From NCBI GenBank assembly GCA_951406725.2, contig OX597820.1, positions 6,634,001-6,698,000 on the forward strand: a DNA stretch of 64,000 bases, written 5' to 3'. The stretch comes from Octopus vulgaris. Taxonomy: Eukaryota. The notes under the pieces were generated by a model, which was not told the DNA's origin, did no database searches, and worked only from the letters and a program-made list of their open reading frames with translations. Shown here piece by piece: positions 14,067-26,890 of this stretch; positions within the stretch are counted from its first letter, which is position 1, and each line of letters starts with the position of its first letter. The position numbers were made by a program, and so were the translations under genes.

Positions 14067-15438
14067 TATGAGGCCTAGCTGAACATTTTCTACTCTAAGA
14101 TATTATGATTGAATGTAATCAAAGGAAGCTGATTTTTTAGCAGATTCCTCCTTGTCATCGACACATTTCTTCCAGCAGTGTTACGGTGCTTCGATGCATT
14201 GGTGCACAAGCGTTGATCTTGTCAGTCAGAAGAGCCATCAACAGCAGATATGATGTTATCCTCACTGCGATACTGGTTCATAGAAAACTGTTTTTACATG
14301 CTGGGGAACGGATGATTCTCGGATGGGACCAAATCAGAAGAATAAGGGCGATGATCAACTAGTTCATGATGAAAACAGTGCCTTTCATCAGTTTTCCTGG
14401 GTAATTGGTCTTGATAGCCTTTTGTAACTACCTCAACAAGTTGGCTTAGTACTTTCCATTCACAGTGTGACCCTTTTGAAGATAGTCAAGAAACGCAATG
14501 GCTTTTGTGTACCCAAAGGTCTGAGGCTTTCACTTTCCCAACAGATGAAACGACCTTGACCTTCTTGAAGAGAAATATTTCTACTGCAGAATTATCTCAT
14601 TGTTTGTGATAATTGTAATGAAGCCAATATTTATCCTGGGTTAGAAAACTTTTAAGAAAACCAGCTGGATCTGCTTCAAACGATGTCGGATTTTTTTTTC
14701 TTTGATGTGATAAGCCTGGTGTCAGAAGACATGGCACCCACCGAGAAAAAACCCCGTCATGTCAAATTCAACATGCAGAATATTCTCAACTATCCCACGG
14801 GTTATGCTAATAACTTTGGCTATTTGATTTATAACCGGTCACCTTTCATCCATCACTATGTGGTGAACATATTCAATACGGTGGCAGTTACAGGACAGCC
14901 AGACCTTGGGTCATCTTCAAACTCTCCCGTCCCCTCCTAAAACCAGCTACCCACTTTTACACTGTTGATAAAGCGGGGTATCATCCCCTAATGTAGCCAC
15001 CATGTGAGCATGAATGTCCTTGGAGGCAAAAGTGTTTTTCTACAAGGACTTGATAACTCCACAATACTAAATTTTTCCGATTCTCAAGAAAAGTCGCTAC
15101 GAGTTACATTTGATGTCTTTTAACAGTTCGATAGGCCGCTGCAATTTCAAATGCTGATCACACATATTAATGCAAACATGCACGTATAGTGTCTGGCATA
15201 CTGGAAGTATTACTACACGGGGAGCGTGGCGAAACAGGGGTAATCCTATAGACGTCACGTGGTTACATAAATTCTCTGTGATGGTCAATGCGACGATCAC
15301 ATGCCACACACCTTCCTTCCAAGCACTGCTGCAAACAGCAGAAGTGAACCAGAACGTTAACACTCAGTGCGCATGTACAGCAGAGCGGAAGGTTAGTCTG
15401 TGTAAAGTGGCTTCACTCTGGATACTTCAGCTTCGTTA
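14067..15438 (-). pseudogene. decayed mariner (DD34D-type) DNA transposon
   Basis: Minus-strand translation across stops/frameshifts gives DIHAHMVATLGDD..FRRGRES.EDDPRSGCP, RWVPCLLTP (14720-14745), HRPYSSDLVPSE (14317-14352, YSPDLAPSD motif) and WKKCV. Length ~1.37 kb with degenerate TIR-like ends; boundaries approximate. Confidence 0.85.
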
Positions 15439-15490
15439 CTATGGCAGATATACATTTCTCTTCCCTTCGTTGGATCATTCCTTTTTCTGT

Positions 15491-15525
15491 GTTTCTGACG
15501 AAGAGCTCCGCTCGAAACGTTAAAT
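15491..15525 (+). ncRNA. minimal type-I hammerhead ribozyme motif (family H1)
   Basis: gttt CTGACGA A GAGC tcc GCTC GAAA CG TT aaat: intact core, 4-bp stem II, palindromic ACGT stem III, stem I gttt/aaat; host repeat ends at (TA)n at 15627. Confidence 0.75.
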
Positions 15526-15679
15526 CCTCCTTCTTTCTTTCCTTTCCTGAGCGTCCAATAACACTATACTTATTCCAGTCCTCGCATTGTTGTGTTTTCT
15601 CTTTCTGTTTTCATGTTTGGATTAACTATATATATATATATATACTTTATTTAAAGCAGCAGAAAATTCAACAAAACCT

Positions 15680-15713
15680 GTTACTCTGAGTTTCACGTTC
15701 CCGTTCGTCGGAC
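15680..15713 (-). ncRNA. hammerhead-like motif (family H3), U4C core variant
   Basis: Reverse complement gt CCGACGA ACG ggaa CGT GAAA CTCAGAG TA ac; second copy at 57677-57710. Confidence 0.6.
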
Positions 15714-15810
15714 TGAATTTTCTGCTGCTTTAAATAAAGCATATTACTCGACCACTGGTATTTGAGTACTCTTTTTTCCACCTTGTTTCACATTTATGTG
15801 TTTACCCCGG

Positions 15811-15858
<48 letters not shown>

Positions 15859-17176
15859 CATAAATATGTATTATTCAGTTTTTGGCCATTGTTGGCCCAG
15901 AGCATGTCTAATTTAATAACACACTGGGGTAGTCGTCTTTTAAGTCATGCTTTTTTAAGACATCATAACCAACTGAAGTAAAATGCGATTCTTTCTCAAA
16001 ATGTATCCGGGTGTAGGTAATTCGTTTGATATATCTAGAATGAATTTATCCATCTACCATTTGAAGGTGACGGTGTACTTTTCTTGTTTAACTGCTTCGA
16101 TAATAACGCAGTACAAGCTGAGACAAGTTGTGTCACGATGATGTTATGTGATGTGAGTTCGATTTTTCTAAGAGGCATAGTTATCGAAGAGGCATATCGC
16201 CCTGGGGTGAAGGATTGGGTGACATTTGAACTTGATACTGGCACTGTTTGGACAATGTTGCTGAATGTTTTTCCCATCGCGCGCACACGTTTATTTCTGC
16301 TTGTAAGTATACGAACACACACACATACACACACAGACACACACACGCACATATACATTAGTATTAACTGCGATCGATAAGATACGTATATAAGCGATAA
16401 TTTGCTTTAATATCAATTGATATCCGGATGTTTCAATATAGAATCACAAACACGGCGTTGAATATAGCGAAACGGTCAAATGGCTGGGGGCGGAGATATA
16501 AAAGTTGCGAGGCTGGAATATTGCAAAGGCAAATTAGAGTGTGGAAGCCCATTAAGGCTCAAATCACCAATTTAATAGAGAAATCAATTAACTGAACATT
16601 TATGACCAACGGAACCTTTAAATGGAAACTTAATTGCTAAATTCGGGTCAGAGTTCAATCGCTATTGACCTGTTTAATAGAAAGAATCAATTAGTCGGTC
16701 ATTAAAGTTCCAGTTAGTGATTTATAGAACGGATGAGAGATATGAAAGAAACTGGAGTGGAGTGAATATAAATGAATGGTTCTAAGGTAGCAGCTGTAGC
16801 CATTCTGATTGGGATCAGAAAAATCTATTTGTAGAGATGGAAATTAAAGAACACTGCCATGATGGGTATTTGGAATCAGATCATCCTTCAACTACAGACA
16901 TGAAGGATACAAACATGTAGTGCCTAGATGATACTATATATAAATGCCTAGACGATGTGTGTGTGTGTGTGTCTTGTTATATTTGTGTATGTGTATATGC
17001 ACTCCTCCTTTATACCCAGCTCAAAACCTTGATATACTCCTATACATGCATATCCATTCATATTTTTTTTCTATTCTAACTCCCGGTTAAACCACCTTCC
17101 TACCAAGCTACTCACGCATCACTAATGCTTTTCCACCTCTGATGTACATTTCCTCTTCTACACTCTTCCTTACTTT

Positions 17177-17212
17177 TCTTCCGATGAAGGACACGCGTCC
17201 AAAATATTAAGA
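17177..17212 (+). ncRNA. degenerate hammerhead motif
   Basis: tctt CCGATGA A GGAC acgc GTCC AAAA TATT aaga; GAAACG apparently decayed at CpG. Confidence 0.45.
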
Positions 17213-17495
17213 CTTCGTCCGTTCCTTTTTTCAAACTTTAAACTAATATGAGATTTGTTAAAACTACCCCCACACCCACAATTCGTTATTATTTTCAATC
17301 TTTTCCTTCGTTGCCTCTACAATATACGAATGTGCGTATGTGTATGTTTGAATTTGGTGTGTATGTGTGCATTCGTTGGTCGTCCTTCAGTTTCGAATAT
17401 TACCAAAACACAATCACTACCAACTAAACACTATCACAGCGGACAGTCCTACAAATTATGTGCGTTATATGTTCATATACACGAATATATATATC

Positions 17496-17562
<67 letters not shown>

Positions 17563-17755
17563 TATTTTAAAATAGTGAACATTTAAACACAAAAGAAAAC
17601 CACCCTTTAATAGGTAATTTTTACATGCTAGAAATAGCAGCCAACACGGCCCAAACCACCATTTAATAGCAATTGGCTGCTATTTCTAGCGTGTAAAAAT
17701 TACCTATTAAAGGGTAGTTTTCTTTTTGTGTTTAACTGTACACTATTTTAAAATA
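17563..17755. repeat. long imperfect inverted repeat next to (TA)n
   Basis: Arms 17563-17644 and 17673-17755 (~82 bp, a few mismatches), 28-nt spacer. Confidence 0.9.
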
Positions 17756-17860
17756 TGAATATGTTGTCTATTGACTCTTTAAACATGCTAGGCCACTGGT
17801 GGTGATATTTATAATGAATATTCGCTACCCTGTATATGCATCTTATGTATGTATCTGATG

Positions 17861-17973
<113 letters not shown>

Positions 17974-18787
17974 ATATGCCCCTCTTAACACGCATGTTAC
18001 CTAAAATAGAATTACAAACATTCGAGAGAGCCACCTCATCACTGCACTGGATTTAGACCGATATTAATAAGAACAACGACAGAAGTGCAATTACCAGTTC
18101 CAACAGCCCCCCACCAAAGAATTGGAATGACACCTGTCTGGGAATAAACGTAACCCTCCTTATAAAAACAGAAATCAATTACTTTAGTTTACATGGGACA
18201 TGAAAAAACAAACAAAAAACACAAACTAGTGTTACGTCTCTTGTTTTGAAAATTTCATAAGTCACGTGCCCCCCTTGGTTTCAAATGTGGAAAAAAATGA
18301 GGAAAAATTGTTTAAAACATTAAGTGAAATCAACGGGACCGGATCTAGGTCAATAACGAGCGTCTGTTTTCTATTATACTGCCAAAATCTCTTTCTAGCC
18401 GCAAAACTCAAAATATATTCATTAAAAGACTTTTCCTATACAGAAGACTCGAAGAAACATGTGCCTCCGTGTTCTACCGTGTTCCCATTTCCCTTCTCAA
18501 TATACTTATTAGGTTTGTATGAATTATATATGTCAAACTCACCTTATGAATACATTAATGAATATATTTTCAGTTGACCTATGATACGGAAACATTTATT
18601 TTGTGACAACTTATGTTTATAGTTTATTTTTCATATATATAGACACGTGTAATAAAATTAATGTCTACTTATGCTAAAAGATTAAGATTATCTTAACTAT
18701 GCAACAAAAATATACATATAAATGAAACATTTTGTTGCATTTTTGTATCTATATATATGTATATATACATACATATATACATACACG

Positions 18788-18822
<35 letters not shown>

Positions 18823-18854
18823 ATATTTTTATATACATACATATATATAGTTAC

Positions 18855-19000
18855 TAATGTCTTCTCTTTTTATTCTCTCTCTGTCTATTTCCTTGTGTTC
18901 CTTTCTGTTGAAAAGCGTAGGCTCGAAACATGAAAGATTTTTCTCTCCTTGTCGAGCGTTAAACTAATACACCTGCTTTCGTCTTTTGTAAATTCGAACA
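18855..19000 (+). mobile_element. H1-family repeat with degenerate hammerhead
   Basis: cttt CTGTTGA aaagc gtag GCTC GAAA catg aaag at 18901-18936; downstream gagcgttaaactaatacacctg is shared with 46215 and 60440. Confidence 0.6.
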
Positions 19001-19015
19001 ACACACACACATATG

Positions 19016-19058
<43 letters not shown>

Positions 19059-19064
<6 letters not shown>

Positions 19065-19350
19065 ATCACATGACCGACCAGACCATCAGATGTAGTGACA
19101 CATCGCTGGTCACAATGCGTTCGCATTGTTTTAGCCTTCGAATGACGCCACCCCGCTGGCTAAGCGAGCAGGCCGACAGAAGAAAGAGTGAGAGAAAGAG
19201 TGGTGAAATAGTACAGCAGGGATCACCACCCCCTGCCGGAGCATCGTGGAGCTTTTAGGTGTTTTCGCTCAATAAACACTCACAACGCCCGGTCTGGGAA
19301 TCGAAACCGCGAGTCCGCTGCCCTAACCACTAGGCCATTGCGCCTCCACA
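19059..19350 (-). mobile_element. tRNA-derived SINE S3
   Basis: Minus head gtggaggcgcaatggcctagtggttaggg (A box TGGCCTAGTGG) then ggtttcgattccc (B box); head-only copy at 19568-19646. Confidence 0.85.
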
Positions 19351-19459
19351 TGTATATATATATATATGTATTAAAGAATATATTTATATTTTAAAAGATT
19401 TTTTACGTATATTTATTAATTATTTTATTATTCTAGTTTATTTTTGACCTGATCAGTGG

Positions 19460-19512
<53 letters not shown>

Positions 19513-19689
19513 AGTGATTTTACTATTACTACTACTATTTTTTTCTTATTATAATCATTTCTTAAATACGCCCAATCTGGGAATCGAAACCGCGATCCTG
19601 CGCCCGGGAGTCCTCTGCCCCAACCACTAGGCCATTGCGCCTCCACATATATATATATACATATATACATATATATATATATACATATA

Positions 19690-19880
19690 TGATAGATCGG
19701 TAGCCACTATACACATTTTTTCTCTCCTTGTTTCTCGCCTTGTTTTTTCTGTGTCCCTTTCTGTAGAAGAGCGTGTGCTCGAAACATAAAAAAATTTTTT
19801 CTATTCCTGAGCGTCATACTAATACATCTGTTTTGTACACAACCTGTCTTCGTCTTTTGTTCTTTTCGTAAACTCTCCCT
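19690..19880 (+). mobile_element. H1-family repeat with hammerhead variant
   Basis: cttt CTGTAGA A GAGC gtgt GCTC GAAA CATA at 19757-19792; highly similar to 46215-46400; (TA)n both sides. Confidence 0.75.
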
Positions 19881-19886
19881 ATATAT

Positions 19887-19941
<55 letters not shown>

Positions 19942-20567
19942 CATACATACATACATACATACATACACACGCATATGTATGGATGTATATATTTATCATG
20001 TATGAAAGCATGCATATATGTATGAATATGATTATGTATATGTGTATACAAACGTACATCATACGTACATTTGCCAGTCTAAAAAATAAAACGCACACAC
20101 ACACAGTAATATACATGGTCACATAAACATCTATGCGTGCATTTTGGGCTGTCAGTGTTATTTCGCTGTGAATGCAAGATAATATTTCCACCAGAATTTA
20201 TAATATTCTCACTTCTTTTACTGATAAGGACAAAATCAAAATCAGATACCACTCTCTGATTATGGTGATAAGCGACCAGTAACGCTGCAGACAACTCGTT
20301 CATAGCCATGTAAAAAGTTTTCTAATGAATACGCTCATAAATCGGTGTGCATAATAAAGCATCGGAACAGGTTAGCATCGTAGTTATGATTAGTCGTAAC
20401 AACAACTACAACAACAACAACTGCAATATCATGGAATAGAAATTACTAATATTAATATTCAAATTAAGCGTAAAACCAAAAACAACAATGTATTAACTGA
20501 TGCCCAACCCCACCCAAAATATCATTGCTGTTCTTTTTATTTAGGTTCATTATTATTGTTGTTCCTG

Positions 20568-20568
20568 T

Positions 20569-20630
<62 letters not shown>

Positions 20631-20679
20631 TTACTACTACTACTATTGATGACTGGATTTTAAAATTCTTAGTGGATTG

Positions 20680-20714
<35 letters not shown>
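20568..20714. repeat. two (TAC)n microsatellites
   Basis: TAC runs at ~20568-20645 and ~20680-20714. Confidence 0.95.
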
Positions 20715-21352
20715 GTTGAGGATGATGATCATGATGACGTAGATGTGAAGGTGAGGATGATGAAGCAACGTAATTAATGTCAATGTCGTAAATACAATTA
20801 TGATAATTATCAAAAGAAAACATCAAGATGATAACGATGATGATGGTGATGATGATCATCAACATGGCCGTCATTCTTCTCACTCTCATTATCAACCCAT
20901 CGTCATTGTTAACTTTTTCGTAGTCATCTTTGTCATAATTGTCGCCGTCATCACTATCTTCACCTTCACCCGAATCGTTATTCACATCGTTACCATCACT
21001 ACCCTCTTCCTTCTACACGTGACTATCATCATCATCATTTGTATAATAAATATGATCACATGTTAAACATTTGATTTATATTCTTTCGCAAGAATATGGT
21101 TTCAATTCTACAATGTTGCCAAAAGTATTTGCGAAATTCTATAAGAAAGCGAGAGAAAAAAAAAAGGGAAAAAAGTATGAAAAAGAAATATTCGGAAACT
21201 GTTCATGCTTACCAGAAATTCGACGCCGCCGAATGGGGAAGATATTTTGTTATCAGAAAACCGTTGGTTATTATTTACTTGGTGACTTGTCTTAAGTTCA
21301 CCAAAATATACTCGTTTTGATATTATATACATACACACAGACGCATAGACAT

Positions 21353-21386
<34 letters not shown>

Positions 21387-21444
21387 GTATGTATGTATAT
21401 ACATATGTATATATATAAATGTGTGTGTGTGTGCGTATATATAT

Positions 21445-21645
21445 ACCTCGTAAAGACCACTCGCGTTTTTTTCCCTCTGTCCTCCCACCTCGGGATCTTT
21501 CTTTCTCTTATGTTTCCGACGAAGAGCTCCGCTCGAAACGTCATACCCTCCTTCTTCCCTTTTTTCCTGAGCGCCTAATAATACTTTAATTGTTCCACCT
21601 CTTTGCGTTGTTGTCTTTTTTGTTTTCTTGTTTGGATTAACTTTA
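21445..21645 (+). mobile_element. H1-family repeat with hammerhead (U4C variant)
   Basis: gttt CCGACGA A GAGC tcc GCTC GAAA CG TC atac at 21512-21546; 3' end gtttggattaact then (TA)n, as at 15615-15627. Confidence 0.75.
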
Positions 21646-21752
21646 TATATATATATATATATGTATATACGCAAACATCTATACATATATATATATATAC
21701 ACACATATCTATATCTATATATTCAATCACACACACGCACGCATACATACAC

Positions 21753-21790
<38 letters not shown>

Positions 21791-22568
21791 GTATGCATGT
21801 ATTTGTGTCTATACTTGTCGCACTTAGCATCAGTTGACAACCAATAATACAAACATCTGTGGAGGTCGTACGACGCATAATTCAAAGCTTCAACTTATTG
21901 GTGCTTATTTTATCGACCCTGACAGGATTAAAGAGAAAGTCGACCGCGGCGAAATTTCAACTCAGAACGTAAAATGGAGAAAATTTTCTCCGGCGTATAA
22001 ACAGTTCTGTCAGCCTTATATATTCTAATGTAAGATATTTTGTTTTTCTAATTCAAAGAGCCAATCTGTATCACATATTGTTACTCAGAATAGGTGCAGA
22101 GATTTGTTAATGGTATAAGTGGCGGTGGAACGGTCAGCAACTTCAATTAGAATAGAGAGAGACGATATAATTCTGTGGATCAAAGAATTGGAATGTTTAT
22201 CGTAGATGTTGGCCTCATAGTCCCTTACCAAGAATGAAGGTGACTTCGCTTCAATTATAATGAAGCCACTAAGAAAGAGATATTTCACAACAATTCCTTC
22301 TGCACGTCCCACTCTGTTAACGAATGATGCACTCATGGAAGCTGCACTTGAATTTTATGTGACACATGTCAATTTTGTTTCTTTAAATTCTTCACTGGTT
22401 CCGAAAACAGAGGTTTCATAAGGATTCTTTATTAGCTGGAAGCAAGACATCAAGGGTTTTGTATTAACTATAATCAGGTCGAATATCTGCGAATACAGTG
22501 TGCATATCTATATGTATCTACGAGTGTGTATCTCATGTTTATATACGCGCGCGCGCTCACACACAAAA

Positions 22569-22958
22569 CTTTACTCTTTTACTTGTTTCAGTCATTTGAC
22601 TGTGGCCATGCTGGAGCACCGCCTTTAGTCGAGCAAATCGGCCCCGGGACTTATCCTTTGTAAGCTCAGTACTTATTCTATCGGTCTCTTTTGCCGAACC
22701 GCTAAGTGACGGTGACGTAAACACACCAGCATCGGTTGTCAAGCAATGCTAGAGGGACAAACACAGACACAAACATATACATACATATATATACATATAT
22801 ACAACAGGCTTCTTTCAGTCTCCGTCTACCAAATCCACTCACAAGGCTTTGGTCGGCCCGAGGCTATAGCAGAAGACATTTGCCCAAGATGCCACGCAGT
22901 GGGACTGAACCCAGAACCATGTGGTTGGTAGGCAAGCTACTTACCACACAGCCACTCC
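22569..22958 (-). mobile_element. SINE S2, full length (tRNA head, CORE-like box, internal TA/TG tract)
   Basis: Reverse complement of ggagtggctgtgtggtaag..gggttcagtcccactgcgtggcatcttgggcaa..tail gtaaaagagtaaa; near-identical to 39033 and 53656. Confidence 0.92.
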
Positions 22959-23257
22959 TTTCATTTATATTTATAATGAATGGTACACACAGATTCTTCC
23001 TGAGTCCCAGTTGTTTCCTTGCCGGTCAACCACTTTAGATATCCATCCATTTATCGGTCTGTCTATCTATCAATAAATCAATCGATCAGTCAATCAGTCA
23101 GTCAATAAGTCAACCGATCTATCTAACTATCTATCTATCTCTCTATCTATCCCTCTTTAATTACCTGGTTATTTCTCTCGCGCTCCCCATCTATCTATCT
23201 ATCTATCTAAATGTATGTCTAGCTAACCAGCTTCTTTTCTCTCTTTCTCAGACACTT

Positions 23258-23289
<32 letters not shown>

Positions 23290-23291
23290 CC

Positions 23292-23324
<33 letters not shown>

Positions 23325-23326
<2 letters not shown>

Positions 23327-23550
23327 ATAATAAATATTAGGGAATGAATCCAAAATTACAGGGAAAAATCAGATTTAGGGTTAAATCCAATTTTATAGTA
23401 AAATATTATATAATATAATTCGAGACAAAACCACTATTTTAAAACCAAACAAGAAAAGACTTAATCAATACATAAAATTTTAATATAAATTAAATAAACC
23501 GCCATCCATAATGGTTTTAAAATAGTGGTTTTGTCTCGAATTATATTATA
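23325..23550. mobile_element. (TA)n-flanked repeat with 39-bp perfect inverted repeat
   Basis: Arms 23409-23447 and 23512-23550; non-palindromic copy in opposite orientation at ~54943-55092. Confidence 0.85.
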
Positions 23551-23561
23551 TTATATTATAT

Positions 23562-23616
<55 letters not shown>

Positions 23617-24117
23617 TTCGTATATGTAAGTATTCGTATGTTGTGTTTATATATATGTCTTTATGTTTCTCTTCTGTGTGTATTCTACTGACGAGGCAAA
23701 GCATTATTAAATGCCAAATCAGAAATCCGGGATCTGGAATTATCCAGTAATTTTTTACTAGTTTCATCTTGTCTCTTTGTTTTCTCTCCGTGTTGATATA
23801 TCAACACTTAAGGTGGTTTTAGAGTTAGATCATCGTTGCTATTTTCAGCATGGTGGTATCTCGTAGATACCCTAATTTATAATTTTAAAATACATACATA
23901 TATATATATGTATATATTTATCTATCTATGTAACTTTTTATATATCTATCTACCCAACCCTATATTATTCTTGCAGGATAATGTAAACGGAATACAAGGC
24001 TGAATGTTGGCTACACAAGTAGCATCTGCTAAAGTTTCTGTTGTGATAGAGAACAGGTTGCGCAGTCTCCATTCAAAAAGATGATAGGGCAGTTTATATG
24101 TGTGCGGGTGTGTATAG

Positions 24118-24150
<33 letters not shown>

Positions 24151-24296
24151 TAGAGAGAGAGACGGAACAATAATTTGCCATTCCTGCATTTTCTCGAATA
24201 TTCAAAAACATCACAGAGCTGAAAGCCGTTATTGAATACCGATTCCGTGGAGATCAAATATACACCAAACACATACACACGCATATATATCTGAGC

Positions 24297-24343
<47 letters not shown>

Positions 24344-24352
<9 letters not shown>

Positions 24353-24690
24353 AAGAAAAATAAGTTGGCTAGCAGCGAGCTGTTTCACCTCATACCGAAG
24401 GAATTAGAAATGGCAGTCAAAGACCCTTTTTTCCATTTCTATAAGTGGAGATTCCAAAAACGAAGGCCCTTATGTTTGTGATCCAGAAACACCGTGTTCG
24501 CTATTAACGGTAAGTGACTGAATTCGTATATTTGCCACTCCGGTTTTGTGTATGTGAGCCGCAAGGGCCTTCGTTTTTGGAATCTCCACTTATAGAAATG
24601 GAAAAAAGGGTCTTTGACTGCCATTTCTAATTCCTTCGGTATGAGGTGAAACAGCTCGCTGCTAGCCAACTTATTTTTCTTTACTATATA
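24344..24690. repeat. 128-bp perfect inverted repeat, 91-nt spacer
   Basis: 24344-24471 is the exact reverse complement of 24563-24690; element continues to (TA)n at ~24807. Confidence 0.97.
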
Positions 24691-24802
24691 CTGAACCTTA
24701 CAAAGGTCTTGACAATTATTTTGTCGTATTTACATACCGAAATTTACCGGTAAATAATTGTTGGTTACATGAAAAACCACAGGAAAATTATTTACCATTT
24801 TT

Positions 24803-24853
<51 letters not shown>

Positions 24854-26664
24854 AATACACACAAATATTAATACGGAAATGCAATGTTTTTGTTTTATTT
24901 TCAATGAAACCTTCCTTGGACTCGTTAAATTTTGTGAAAATAAAATATTTTAATTACAAGCAATGAATGTAATAATCTGTGGGTGAAATGCCCAGTAACA
25001 GAATCGCCATGCAAGGGATGCATATTTACTGTATGTGCAGTGGTGTTAAGATAACAAAGATTTATGAATGGTGGAAATGATATGAAAATGATATAACGAG
25101 CAAAGAAGAAGCAAATACGAAACGACGGCTTCTTTGTTACGATGGCATTGATGTATATGGAATGAATTGTGACATAAATCCCATTGAAAAAAAAAAAGAA
25201 TGAATCAAGTGAAAAGGTGTTAATTCAAATATAGGAAGGGGGAAAAAAGAGGGAGTGAAATATTTGAGTCGGTATTAAGCTATTTCAATCCACTTGATCT
25301 AATTTACAACATCTTAACGGAGCTTGAAGTATTTCAGATGTGTGATTAAAATATCAGTTTCATTTAAGTAAAGTGAGCATCGTATAATGAAAGGGGTAGC
25401 AGGGGAGGTCTGCGCAGAGAACATATTTTAACATCTTATAGGAAATTAATAAAGTTATTTTAAAATAAATGTAATAAATCGAACAATAAAACTAACAACT
25501 AGCTAACTAAAACAAGCAACAGCTCTTTAGACTAATGACTAGTTTTAAAGAAATGGAAAAAAAAAATAATAAAGAATTAGAAAATTGATAGAAATATAAA
25601 GAGTGAAACCGAAGACTTGTGCAAGTTAATGTTGAAAATCATCAAATAAACGGTGTTTAAAATAGCAAAGAGGAAGAAGATAGGAAGGAAGGAAATGACT
25701 GAGAGACAGAAACAGAAAGAGAGAAAGAGAGAGAGAGAGGAGAGGCAGAGTGAGAGAGAGAGAGAAAGAAAATTTTAGAGAAAAAGCGATAGAATAAAAG
25801 GTGAACGGGGAAGATTTTACAAAAGTAATTAAATAGAGTAAAGAAAAGAAAAAAATATGGAAAAGAAAATGAAAAAAAAATGAAAAATCAATCAAATTGT
25901 CATGTAAAAGAGCTTTTAGATATTGGAATCAAATGTAATTAGTCTTCAGGACACTGTGTAAGACTGGCGATTGGCTTCATTCTCTACAATCAAAGAACTA
26001 GAGAGAACGGCTTGCCGATTCTTAACTGTTGTCAGTTCTCGGATTTAATTGAAAATTTTTAAAGTTATTAAAACTTACAGAAGGATGAATTAATAAAAAA
26101 TAGCAAAAATATAAAAATTAACAACGAAAATAAAAATAATAAGACGATAATAATAACAGTAATAACCATAAAAATAATACTAATAAGGATATTAAAAGCG
26201 CATTTAGAAATTTCTTTAAAAAATGGTATAATTTAAGATAATAAAAAATAAAAGCTGTAAATTATGGTCTTTCAAAATTATGATTTATACACCAGTTACT
26301 GTATGTAGAATGAGAGAATAATGTGGTATAAATAAATGAATGAATAAAATAAGGATGAATCGACTTTAAAGAACTTGAAATATGGCAAGAATATTTTCGA
26401 AATTTGAACTTGCTCTGTGAAGTTTTCGTAGAACAAAAGTGTTGTAAATCATTCTATTAAAAGCTTGAGTGCAGCCTTTAACGACCGAACGTTACTGCAA
26501 GAACGGTATATATAGTGCTTTGATGGCAAAATATTGCTCTTTTAAGGATTAACGCACAGACCCAGAGATTGGCCTCCCTTCCAAACGTTTCAATTTTTCA
26601 ATTTGTTTTTCTGGTTTCAGTTTGTAGGGAGCAATCATGATGAGGCACCACGTTCAATATTTTC

Positions 26665-26890
26665 GAGCTGGCAGAACCGTCAAGTACGCCGGGCGAAATA
26701 CTCAGCGGTATTTCGTCTGTCTTTACGTTCTGAGTTTGAATTCAGCCGAGGTCGACTTTGCCTTTCATCCTTCCGGGGTCGATTAAATAATTACCAGTTA
26801 CGTACTGGGGTCGATATAATCGACTTAATCCCTTTGTCCTTGTTTGTCCCCTCTATGTTTAGCCCCCTGTAAGCAATAAAGCAATAAATA
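26665..26890 (+). mobile_element. SINE S1
   Basis: gagctggcagaacc..gggcgaaatactcagcggtatttcgtc..gtcgactttgcctttcatcc..tttagccccc. Confidence 0.88.

Noticed and set aside
16035-16380. Overlapping ~100-codon ORFs in unique sequence with a GTAAGT at ~16303
   Set aside because: No recognisable domain and no partner exons; needs RNA-seq
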